NCBI GenBank assembly: GCA_041671365.1
Contig: JBAZBP010000002.1
Span: forward strand, 1,052 to 65,051
Direction of reading: 5' to 3'
From: Patescibacteria group bacterium
Lineage (GTDB): Bacteria > Patescibacteriota > Patescibacteriia > Patescibacteriales > UBA12465
DNA: 64,000 bases
Within the stretch, counting starts at the first letter, position 1, and each line of letters begins with the position of its first letter. The notes below the pieces were generated by a model. It had not been told where the DNA came from, did no database searches, and saw nothing but the letters and a program-made list of their open reading frames with translations. This document shows, one piece after another, positions 1 to 7,563 of this stretch. The position numbers were made by a program, and so were the translations under genes.

Positions 1-452
1 TTATATTCTTCGGTTTCATATACCACTATTCCCTCCGGTTTTAATCTAATAGTTCTGCTTATGCCTGCATCCAATATCAACTTACTGCAAATAGTGCAAT
101 ATGGTTTAGAAAACTCTTTATTTAAACTGTCTCCAGTAAGTCGGGCTAAAAAAAGATCAGCCCCTTGTAATTTATCAGGATTATTTTTATAGGCATCCAT
201 AATTGCACGTTGTTCAGCGTGGACACAACAAGTCCTATCAGATTTAAACCCAGGTAATAGCTCCGACTTTCTGTCACAGCGTCTTTGAGATTCGAGATTC
301 CCAGGCGGTGAATTAAACCCCCGACCCACAACAATCCCATCTTTAACAATAACAGTTCCAACTTTACTTCTAGTGCAAGTGGCTTTTTTTGCTTCGATTA
401 AAGCCTCATTTAAAAATATTTCAATTTCTTTTGTAGATGGAATAATTTTCAT
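1..452 (-). CDS. dCMP/cytidine deaminase-family zinc enzyme (ComEB-like); C-terminus runs off the window start
   Basis: Absent from the ORF track because there is no stop in the window. Hand translation from the ATG at 452-450 gives MKIIPSTKEIEIFLNEALIEAKKATCTRSKVGTVIVKDG...CCVHAEQRAIMDAY...KPYCTICSKLILDAG. It carries the HAE and PCxxC zinc-ligand motifs of the deaminase fold. Confidence 0.8.
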   Translation of the reverse strand, partial: MKIIPSTKEIEIFLNEALIEAKKATCTRSKVGTVIVKDGIVVGRGFNSPPGNLESQRRCDRKSELLPGFKSDRTCCVHAEQRAIMDAYKNNPDKLQGADLFLARLTGDSLNKEFSKPYCTICSKLILDAGISRTIRLKPEGIVVYETEEY

Positions 453-543
453 AATTATAGAATTACTAATATTACATTATTAAACATTAATCTGATAACG
501 ACATTGTACCATACTGTTCCAAAGTGAAATACTCCCCACAAAT

Positions 544-567
544 AATAGCCCCTATTTCAGGGCTATT
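544..567 (-). terminator. Hairpin (aatagccc/gggctatt) that would follow the displaced tRNA-Ser 3' end; candidate original tRNA terminator
   Basis: 8-bp perfect stem read from the sequence. On the minus strand it is followed by the T-rich attatttg. It lies just outside the left att copy. Confidence 0.35.
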
Positions 568-574
568 TACAATC

Positions 575-592
575 TGCGGAGAAGGAGGGATT
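575..592. repeat. Distal att copy: TGCGGAGAAGGAGGGATT (displaced 3' end of tRNA-Ser)
   Basis: Exact 18-nt identity with 6745-6762 in direct orientation. It sits in an imperfect dyad GGAGGGA-TT-TCCGCCT. Confidence 0.7.
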
Positions 593-641
593 TCCGCCTC
601 ATTCGCTCGCCGTCGCTCGCTCATTCGTTGTCCGGGGATTG

Positions 642-779
642 CGACAAGCATCCCTCGGATGCTTGTCGATCGTTCGCTGCGATATTTGCCTACTGGCAAA
701 TATCTAGCTCACTTCAATCCTGTTCGAATCCCTTTTCAACATGCAAAATTAAAAATACCCTAAAAGGGTATTTTTAATT
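642..779. other. GC-rich block with three perfect hairpins (642-668, 681-704, 747-779) at the element's recombinase-distal end
   Basis: Stems are cgacaagcatcc/ggatgcttgtcg (12 bp), gatatttgcc/ggcaaatatc (10 bp) and aattaaaaataccct/agggtatttttaatt (15 bp). Track ORFs here are open in several frames, which is typical of non-coding GC-rich DNA. Confidence 0.5.
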
Positions 780-856
780 TTGTACGCGGAGAGGGTGGGA
801 CGCACTTGGAACGGTCTTAAGTATTACTTCCGCAAAATTGGTTTAAAATAAGCAAA

Positions 857-1465
857 TTACATAGAAGATTTCTTTTGCAATATTATTTCCAACCATTTTT
901 GTCCTCGTAAATCATTTAATTCATTTTTTAAAACAACAAAACCAGTGGCTAATTTCTCTATATTATTTTTTGAATATAAATAATATGTTCTTATACCAAA
1001 CTCGTCCTCTTTAGTAGTTTCTATATAGCTATCGGAGTATTTCATTGATAATCGCATAACTCCATTATTATTCAATGCGATATAGGCATCAGCTAAAATC
1101 TTTTGCAGACTTTCAATTGGTACGTGAATCAGCGAGGCAAAAGCGAAAATAACATCTAAACCTTCCCCAAATTTATAATTTTCAATGTCAGCAACCTCAA
1201 AATTTCCTTTTGGCACTTTTTGTCGTGCTAGCTCTACTAGTTTTTCCGAAATATCTATTCCAATATAATTATCAGTAAATTTAACTATATCTTCTGCATC
1301 ACGACCATTTCCACAACCGATTTCTAAAACACGAGGATTTACTATTTTTACTAATTCTAAAGTTTCTTTAATATCGCTTGTGCGTGCGCCCAAACTATCA
1401 AACTTTTTTGCAAGTGATTGAGCACTATTGTTATAGGTATCAACAGTTTGCGTTTTATTATCCAT
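857..1465 (-). CDS. Class I SAM-dependent methyltransferase (element cargo)
   Basis: 202-aa ORF with motif I VLEIGCGNGRDA followed by an acidic-loop pattern GIDISEKLVE. Confidence 0.8.
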   Translation of the reverse strand: MDNKTQTVDTYNNSAQSLAKKFDSLGARTSDIKETLELVKIVNPRVLEIGCGNGRDAEDIVKFTDNYIGIDISEKLVELARQKVPKGNFEVADIENYKFGEGLDVIFAFASLIHVPIESLQKILADAYIALNNNGVMRLSMKYSDSYIETTKEDEFGIRTYYLYSKNNIEKLATGFVVLKNELNDLRGQKWLEIILQKKSSM

Positions 1466-1488
1466 ATTTTTTTTGATTAATAGTTCTA

Positions 1489-1932
1489 TTATAATTTACC
1501 CTCTTTAATTAATTCAATCGAAGATTTCCCAGTTTGATTTTTTAAAACTATATCCTTTTCTTTAAGAGCGTCATTTATTCTAGCGACCTGTTTTTGCGAA
1601 ATTTTATTTGGAATATCTTTAAAAGCAAAATATTCAATTTTATCTGCCTCGTCATTAAGGGTTAATTGCCCACCAATAATTTTACAAATAAAAGAAAAAC
1701 AGACTTCACTTTTTTCTGGTTTATTATAAACTCCAGCTAATCTAACTATTTCCACGTCAAAGCCAGTTTCTTCTTTAACTTCTCTAATAACACATTCCCA
1801 TGGAGATTCTCCTGCTTCCATAGTACCTCCTGGTAAATTCCATAGATCATAATCCAGGCGATGACAAAGTAATATTCTATTTTGTTCGTCAAAAATGAAT
1901 CCAAATGAAGCAATAACAAATTGAGGTTTCAT
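1489..1932 (-). CDS. NUDIX hydrolase (element cargo)
   Basis: 147 aa with a full Nudix box GGTMEAGESPWECVIREVKEETGF (GX5EX7REUXEEXGU). Confidence 0.9.
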   Translation of the reverse strand: MKPQFVIASFGFIFDEQNRILLCHRLDYDLWNLPGGTMEAGESPWECVIREVKEETGFDVEIVRLAGVYNKPEKSEVCFSFICKIIGGQLTLNDEADKIEYFAFKDIPNKISQKQVARINDALKEKDIVLKNQTGKSSIELIKEGKL

Positions 1933-1936
1933 AAAT

Positions 1937-2173
1937 TTACTTTAAAACAAAATAATTAACTATTTGTATTAAAAAACTAAATCCGATTAAAGCAACACCA
2001 AAATAACTAAATTTTTTATAAAGCTTATATTTTTTAGCCTCTCTCTCGTCTTGTTGCTCTAATATTAAATTAATCGTTCCATCTTTTGAGACTTTTGGAG
2101 GCAAGCCGAAAAAAAATAAAATAATTGAACCGCTTAAGCCAAGTAGCGGACTTAACAAACCTTGAAAAAACAT
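1937..2173 (-). CDS. Small two-TM membrane protein, unknown function
   Basis: 78-aa ORF with two hydrophobic segments. It lies 4 nt upstream of the NUDIX gene on the same strand. Confidence 0.5.
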   Translation of the reverse strand: MFFQGLLSPLLGLSGSIILFFFGLPPKVSKDGTINLILEQQDEREAKKYKLYKKFSYFGVALIGFSFLIQIVNYFVLK

Positions 2174-2276
2174 ATTTTTAAAATCTATTTATATTCTTAA
2201 ATTACCACAAAAGCCCCAAAAAATCAACAAAACCGACTAATTTGACTATCACCATTTTGAGTGCCAAAATATATCT

Positions 2277-3218
2277 ATGACTACCGATAAAATCAAAGAC
2301 CAATTAATTGACTTTAACCGTCAATTCAAGAAAAATTCAGGCCATTTCAAGAGCTTTGAAGTGATTTTTGATTATATTAGCTTTCTTAAATCAGAGCCAT
2401 ATCTTAAAGAATTATTAAACCCTCTTTTTGCTTATGTAAATAAACAATTAGAGGTAATGAAAGATACGGCCAAAAGCCCCGAGAAAAGCCAAGAATTCAA
2501 TAATATAAGCATGGACATACTCGACCCCTCAACTCTTTCGGGAATGCCTATATTTAGTCAAGAATTTGAAACCTGGAAAAAGGCTATAGAAAGCAAACAA
2601 GATGTTTCCCTTATGGCTCTTTTACCTGTTAATTTGCTTTGTTTATTAATTGTATCTATTGAAATGCAAGAAATAAAGGACAGTCAAAAAGCAGGCGACA
2701 CAGAAAGAACTAATGAACTTATAAACGATGTTAAAGACGATTCATTTTCTATAATGCCCGCCCATAATATTAAAAACTTTCCCGAAAAAGCTATAACCTC
2801 GGCTCAATTTTTAGATTCCTCAATGGAAATAATTAATAAGCATATTATTGATACGATAGACTCTCAAGCATTCTTAGAGGGCAGTAAACCTATACCGCCC
2901 ATTAGCTTTGATAAAGAAAATAGTATCCTCTATATCCGAGGCCAAGAGATAAAAATCGCTCTCAAAAGTGAAAAGCCGATAGATCATTATATTCTAGAGG
3001 CTATCTTCTCTAAAGACCTAGCTGACCAAACGGACTTCGTGGAAATATCGGAAGATTATCTAAAAGAAGACTATGAGGGTAATCGACAAAGATTCCGCCA
3101 TGCCTGTGATAAACTGAATCGTAAAATCTCAAAAGCTACTAGTAATAAAATTAATGACTTTATAAGTTATACGACAGAAAAGAACGGTTGGTGCCAAATC
3201 AATCATAAATACCTGTAA
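2277..3218 (+). CDS. Hypothetical protein, possible C-terminal winged-helix DNA-binding region
   Basis: 313-aa ORF followed by a strong terminator. The C-terminal RFRHACDKLNRKISKATSNKINDFISYTTEKNGWCQIN resembles the OmpR/PhoB-type wHTH pattern by eye only. Confidence 0.6.
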   Translation: MTTDKIKDQLIDFNRQFKKNSGHFKSFEVIFDYISFLKSEPYLKELLNPLFAYVNKQLEVMKDTAKSPEKSQEFNNISMDILDPSTLSGMPIFSQEFETWKKAIESKQDVSLMALLPVNLLCLLIVSIEMQEIKDSQKAGDTERTNELINDVKDDSFSIMPAHNIKNFPEKAITSAQFLDSSMEIINKHIIDTIDSQAFLEGSKPIPPISFDKENSILYIRGQEIKIALKSEKPIDHYILEAIFSKDLADQTDFVEISEDYLKEDYEGNRQRFRHACDKLNRKISKATSNKINDFISYTTEKNGWCQINHKYL

Positions 3219-3237
3219 AAATAACTAAATAGAGCAA

Positions 3238-3274
3238 AGAGCCCTGCACTCACAATGGTGCGGGGCTCTTTTTG
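3238..3274 (+). terminator. Rho-independent terminator after the 313-aa gene
   Basis: 12-bp stem agagccctgcac/gtgcggggctct (one G-U pair) followed by ttttt. Confidence 0.65.
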
Positions 3275-3286
3275 TAAACTTAGGTC

Positions 3287-3430
3287 ATGACTAAGTATGA
3301 CGACCAACTGATATCTGATACCCAAGAATATTTTAGCGGATTGTATGGGCGAGCAATAACTCCCGATGAGGCGGATTCTTTTTTAACATCTCTCGTTAAT
3401 TTATATAACTCTCTCTTTACCAAGGAATAA
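3287..3430 (+). CDS. Small ORF (47 aa), unknown function
   Basis: Hand-read ATG..TAA giving MTKYDDQLISDTQEYFSGLYGRAITPDEADSFLTSLVNLYNSLFTKE. It is below the track cutoff and sits between a terminator and a large hairpin. Confidence 0.3.
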   Translation: MTKYDDQLISDTQEYFSGLYGRAITPDEADSFLTSLVNLYNSLFTKE

Positions 3431-3435
3431 CTCTT

Positions 3436-3481
3436 TTTTTCTTTTCGGCGGTTCCCCCGTAGGGGGAGCCGAAAAGAAAAA
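3436..3481. other. 46-nt near-perfect hairpin directly upstream of rep (terminator or candidate origin hairpin)
   Basis: tttttcttttcggcggttccccc-gta-gggggagccgaaaagaaaaa has one mismatch in about 22 bp. Confidence 0.5.
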
Positions 3482-3531
3482 GTTATCCTTGTTAAGAGAA
3501 CTTCTAATTAGAACTAGATAATAACAAATAT

Positions 3532-4479
3532 ATGAAACAACAAGATAATAAATACCTGTCTAACCGTAAACTGGTAAAATCTGGGTCGCTCCTAGAAATA
3601 TATCAGTTTGGTCGTGATATCCACTTAGAGCGAAGAATTAGGCACATCAAAACCGAGGAAGAAATAGAAGAGGCCAAGAAATTCCCTAAGCCCAAAGCCA
3701 GTCAAGAAGAGATTTTAAAGTCCTCGGCTCGGCGTGCCAAGCGAATGATTAAACGATTGATTATGGCCAATTGTTTTCTCTGGTTTAAAACCAAAGGCCA
3801 GCCCTATTTGCCGATTACCCTGACTCTGACTTTTGCCGAGAACATTACAAACCTTAAAAAAGCCAATTATGAATTTACTAAATTTATCAGACGGCTCAAT
3901 TACGAAACGAATGGAATCGAGGGGAAAGACTTAAAGCAAAGTAATTTAAAATATCTGGCCGTCTTTGAACTGCAAAAACGAGGGGCTATTCATTATCATA
4001 TGATTTTCTTTAATCTGCCCTATATCAAAAATATTTATAAAAAGATGTTTGATATTTGGGGGCAAGGTCGGATAATGGTCGGCGGAAAAGATAGAAATTT
4101 TACTAAGATAAAAAACCAAGCCCAGCTCCAAAAGATTATTTTCTATTTTATAAAATATATTCAAAAATCTGTTTTTGAAAATAACTGCCCCAGGCAGAAG
4201 AAATATATCGCCAGTAAAGGATTACTCAAACCGCAAGAGAATTCGTTCGTTGAAGTCGTGTCGCTCGTGGAATCAAAATTGCCGTCTGAATCTTTGGTCT
4301 ATAAATGGGACGGCGAGGCAGAATATAATCAAAACGATATTAATGATTCGGTCGGCAAGCCAGCAAATTTCCTGCGTTGGTTTAATTATTTTCAATATGA
4401 CTTATCCAGTAGGCCAGATTTAGATAAAGAAATAAGCCAGCTTTTAACTGGCTTATCTATAGACGATATTGATTTTTAG
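3532..4479 (+). CDS. HUH-superfamily rolling-circle replication initiator (Rep)
   Basis: 315 aa with motif I-like ITLTLTF, HUH motif GAIHYHMIFF and a Tyr motif FYFIKYIQKS (YxxK). Confidence 0.8.
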   Translation: MKQQDNKYLSNRKLVKSGSLLEIYQFGRDIHLERRIRHIKTEEEIEEAKKFPKPKASQEEILKSSARRAKRMIKRLIMANCFLWFKTKGQPYLPITLTLTFAENITNLKKANYEFTKFIRRLNYETNGIEGKDLKQSNLKYLAVFELQKRGAIHYHMIFFNLPYIKNIYKKMFDIWGQGRIMVGGKDRNFTKIKNQAQLQKIIFYFIKYIQKSVFENNCPRQKKYIASKGLLKPQENSFVEVVSLVESKLPSESLVYKWDGEAEYNQNDINDSVGKPANFLRWFNYFQYDLSSRPDLDKEISQLLTGLSIDDIDF

Positions 4480-4503
4480 CTCGTTCTTTGATAGATTAAT
4501 AGT

Positions 4504-4628
4504 ATTGACCTCAATTTAATACTATTTTCCCAAAAGCCTTTTTTATAGGGTTTATATTTGCCGTTCGAAATGGGCAGTTCTGCTTAACGACAAATTAGCT
4601 TTTGGGCTAGTTTTAAGTTGAGGTCAAT
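4504..4628. repeat. Nested inverted repeats downstream of rep (candidate single-strand origin)
   Basis: Outer arms 4504-4519 and 4613-4628 (attgacctcaatttaa vs ttaagttgaggtcaat, one mismatch). Inner arms 4529-4537 cccaaaagc and 4598-4606 gcttttggg. Confidence 0.5.
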
Positions 4629-4651
4629 CAGGACTGTCCTTTTTGATATTT

Positions 4652-5195
4652 TTATTTAATATCTTCCTTATTAACACAAAAAGCTGGGGACTTTCCTTGC
4701 CCACAATCAAGATTAAAACAAAAACTTTTATCTAACAAATCGATATTTGATTTATTAATAAAGTTCATTCCAGAATTTTGGTAGTTATGGGTAAAAATTA
4801 TATTTTTATCCCCCTCTCTGTCATTATTATAAAAATTTATTTTACAACCATTACAGCGATCAATTCTATTATCGCAATAATTAGACCTAAAAGATAACGC
4901 ATATTGACCGCCAGGAGTAATGTTTACATTTTGAATTATTATATCGTTATTTATCTGAGGGCTATCTTGATTTTTTATTTTATTATTATATTTATCCTCT
5001 AAATAATCTTTTTTTTTCTTTATTGATTACTCCAGATATATAGCATTTATCGAGAGATGTTAGAAAACTAGTTGTTTCCATATTTAGATTAAAACACTTA
5101 TTTCTTTGATAGTTTTGATTTAAGAAGTATATAACCACTAACAATATTAATAAAAATAGACCGATAATAATAAACCTTGATTTAAATTTTTTCAT
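4652..5195 (-). pseudogene. Exported Cys-containing protein split by a frameshift in a T9 (A9 on the coding strand) homopolymer
   Basis: Track ORF 4992..5195 (signal anchor, 67 aa) overlaps a 124-codon open frame (5026 down to 4652, ...NQDSPQINNDIIIQNVNITPGGQYALSFRSNYCDNRIDRCNGCK...) that has no start codon of its own. The frames differ by +1 across the run at 5009-5017. Confidence 0.5.
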
Positions 5196-5267
5196 AAAAT
5201 TTTCCTGCTTATAATTTTTGTAAATTATCTTAATGTATATTTAAATTATACCATAAAACTAACTAAT

Positions 5268-6776
5268 ATGACCACAAATGACCAAAAAATCAAATATGCC
5301 CTCTACTGCCGAAAGTCTACCGAAGACAGCAGTCGGCAAATTCTTTCTCTAGATTCACAAGAGAAAGAAATGTTAAAGTTAGCTGAAACTCTAGAACTAG
5401 ATATTGTTTCTACTTTTAGAGAAAGCAAATCGGCCAAGAAACCAGATAACCGCCCGCAATTTTCCGAACTTATCAATTTGATCAAGCGAGGTAAAATTCA
5501 GGGCGTTATCTGTTGGAAGATAGACAGGCTAAGTCGCAACCCGATAGACTCGGCGACTATTCAATGGCTACTGCAACAGAATGAATTAAAAATAATTCAA
5601 ACAATGGAACGACAATATCTGCCTGGCGATAATGCTTTGCTCTTTAATGTGGAAAGCGGAATGGCTAATCAATATATTTTGGACTTATCAAAAAATGTGA
5701 AACGAGGGATTAGGGCAAAGCTAGAAAAAGGCGGTTGGCCAAATTTGGCTCCGCTCGGTTATCTAAATAAGGATAGTAAAATTATTATTGATAAGGTGAG
5801 AGGAAAATATATCGTTAAAATATTTGAGATGTATAAGACTGGTAAATATAGCGTTAAGGAAATTGCTGATACCCTGTTTAAAGAGGGATTCAGAAGTCGG
5901 GCATATAATAAATATCATAAAAGCAAGATTCATAAAATGTTGTCCGATTCTTTCTATTGTGGAATTATGGAAAAGGGCAACCAGTTATACAAGGGTAATC
6001 ATGAGCCGTTAATCTCTAAGAAGTTATTTGACGAGGTGCAAGAAATGCTAACTAAAAAATCCCATATCAAAAAACAAAATATTCCTTTCGCTTTTCGAGG
6101 AATGCTCCGATGTGCTAAATGTGGCTGTCTGCTAACAGCCACTCAAAAGAAAGGACGGCTAACATATTATTATTGTACTAATGGCAAGAATGTCTGCGAA
6201 GAGCATAAAGCCTATATCAAAGAGGAAAATCTCTCAACGGAATTAAACGGAGTTTTTAATGAATTAATCTTTGACGAAAAAGTCGTTAATCTTGTCTATC
6301 GGGCGAAACTTAAAGAAAGCGGTAATGTCTTGTCTTATCTTGACGAGGCTATCCTTGGTCTTCAAAATAGACTTAAAACGCTCGATGAACGCAAGAAAGT
6401 TCTGATAGACGGCTACTTGGATAAAGTCGTTTTAGAGGGCGACTATAAGGCGAAGAATCAGATAATAGAGAATGAGATAGTGTTAATCAATAAGGACTTA
6501 CAGGAGTTAGAAATCAAAAAACAGAGCCAAGATAATATTACTTTGGAACGGATAAGAAATGCGTTTTTAGAGCCTAAAATAATGCAAAAAGAGTTTTTAT
6601 CTAAAAAACCCGACGAACAGCGAAATACTCTAATAACTCTACTTTGGAACGCTACTATTGATAACAAAAAAATCGCTAATATTTCTTTCAAAGAGCCATA
6701 TAATGTCCTCTCTAAAATTGAAAATAAAAGCGATTTTGATTCAGTGCGGAGAAGGAGGGATTCGAACCCTCGATAG
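5268..6776 (+). CDS. Large serine recombinase (integrase)
   Basis: 502 aa with an N-terminal resolvase catalytic region YALYCRKSTEDSSRQ...SLDSQ, a recombinase domain, a zinc ribbon CAKCGCLLTA...YYYCTNGKNVCE and a coiled-coil tail. The last ~10 codons are the complement of the tRNA-Ser 3' end. Confidence 0.93.
   Translation: MTTNDQKIKYALYCRKSTEDSSRQILSLDSQEKEMLKLAETLELDIVSTFRESKSAKKPDNRPQFSELINLIKRGKIQGVICWKIDRLSRNPIDSATIQWLLQQNELKIIQTMERQYLPGDNALLFNVESGMANQYILDLSKNVKRGIRAKLEKGGWPNLAPLGYLNKDSKIIIDKVRGKYIVKIFEMYKTGKYSVKEIADTLFKEGFRSRAYNKYHKSKIHKMLSDSFYCGIMEKGNQLYKGNHEPLISKKLFDEVQEMLTKKSHIKKQNIPFAFRGMLRCAKCGCLLTATQKKGRLTYYYCTNGKNVCEEHKAYIKEENLSTELNGVFNELIFDEKVVNLVYRAKLKESGNVLSYLDEAILGLQNRLKTLDERKKVLIDGYLDKVVLEGDYKAKNQIIENEIVLINKDLQELEIKKQSQDNITLERIRNAFLEPKIMQKEFLSKKPDEQRNTLITLLWNATIDNKKIANISFKEPYNVLSKIENKSDFDSVRRRRDSNPR
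6745..6762. repeat. Proximal att copy inside the tRNA-Ser 3' end
   Basis: Exact 18-nt match to 575-592. Confidence 0.7.
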
Positions 6777-6837
6777 GGCTTTAACACCCTATAACAGGTT
6801 AGCAACCTGCCGCTTTCAGCCGCTCAGCCACCTCTCC
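6747..6837 (-). tRNA. tRNA-Ser (anticodon GCU), long variable arm
   Basis: Hand-folded: acceptor GGAGAGG/CTTCTCC, anticodon loop TTGCTAA, variable arm TATAGGGTGTTAAAGCCCTATC, T arm GAGGG-TTCGAAT-CCCTC. Confidence 0.9.
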
Positions 6838-6910
6838 TACATTTTTTATTTTTATGGTATAATTACTATATAAAATATAAATTTGCTTGTCAAACAATAA
6901 TAAAAAATAT

Positions 6911-7429
6911 ATGTCGCCAACCAACGCTCAATATTTAAAATGGACTGTACCGGAATATCATAAACCCGAACGCAGCCGCAACTGGTATATTATCGCAGGA
7001 ATTTTTATTTTTATCTGTCTATTTTTTTCTTTCTTTACAATTTCCGGCTGGCAAATAATTTGGCTCGGCTTAAAGGCTAATTTTCTTTTCTCTTTAATAA
7101 TAATTATCTCGGCTATTATGATAATTATTAACGATAGCCGCACACCTAATCAGGTTAATATCGAAATCGGACCGGAAGGAGTTAAGGTCGGACATGATTT
7201 TTACGATTATAATGTATTTAAAAATTTTACCGTCCTCTATAAACCGAAAGAAAGCCTTAAAAATCTCTACTTTGAATTTAAAAATTCCATGCGTCCTCGA
7301 ATCTCTCTGCCTCTACGCCGCTTGGACGCTTTAACGGTTCGCAATTTTTTAATTAAATATCTAGACGAAGATCTAGAAAGAACCGAGATGCCTTTGTCCG
7401 AACAGTTGACGAAACTATTAAAATTATAA
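6911..7429 (+). CDS. Membrane protein, unknown function
   Basis: The track ORF starts at TTG 6887; ATG 6911 is more likely. Two hydrophobic helices precede a soluble C-terminus. Confidence 0.6.
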   Translation: MSPTNAQYLKWTVPEYHKPERSRNWYIIAGIFIFICLFFSFFTISGWQIIWLGLKANFLFSLIIIISAIMIIINDSRTPNQVNIEIGPEGVKVGHDFYDYNVFKNFTVLYKPKESLKNLYFEFKNSMRPRISLPLRRLDALTVRNFLIKYLDEDLERTEMPLSEQLTKLLKL

Positions 7430-7472
7430 TAAGATAACAATAGTTTTGTCCTAAACAACTAGGAACAAATAA

Positions 7473-7547
7473 GCATTCATCGTTCAACGGATAGGACGTA
7501 AGCTTGCGGAGCTTGAGATCCAGGTTCGATTCCTGGTGGATGCACCA
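7473..7547 (+). tRNA. tRNA-Arg (anticodon GCG), CCA encoded
   Basis: Acceptor GCATTCA/TGGATGC, D stem GTTC/GGAC, anticodon loop TTGCGGA, T arm CCAGG-TTCGATT-CCTGG, then A-CCA. Confidence 0.85.
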
Positions 7548-7563
7548 CTAAAAGCCGTTTTGT

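Larger units (their letters stand above)
575..6762. mobile_element. Integrated ~6.2 kb element at tRNA-Ser(GCU): large serine recombinase + HUH Rep + cargo
   Basis: 18-nt direct repeats at both ends. The recombinase gene abuts and reads into the tRNA 3' end. A Rep with RCR motifs lies inside. Confidence 0.7.

Noticed and set aside
146-361. 71-aa minus-strand track ORF
   Set aside because: It is out of frame with, and fully inside, the well-supported deaminase CDS (1..452).
715-740. gttcgaatcc string resembling a tRNA T loop
   Set aside because: The flanking bases (tcctg / ccctt) cannot form a T stem, and no acceptor stem is present.
487-763. Track ORFs 524..763 (+) and 487..699 (-)
   Set aside because: They overlap each other, the att copy and three perfect hairpins in a GC-rich non-coding block. 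Several frames are open simply because stop codons are rare there.
786-838. GCGGAGAGGGTGGGACGC...CTTCCGCA, possibly a tRNA
   Set aside because: It is only ~48 nt between the pairing ends, with no T arm or anticodon arm. It is kept only as a degenerate att-like repeat.
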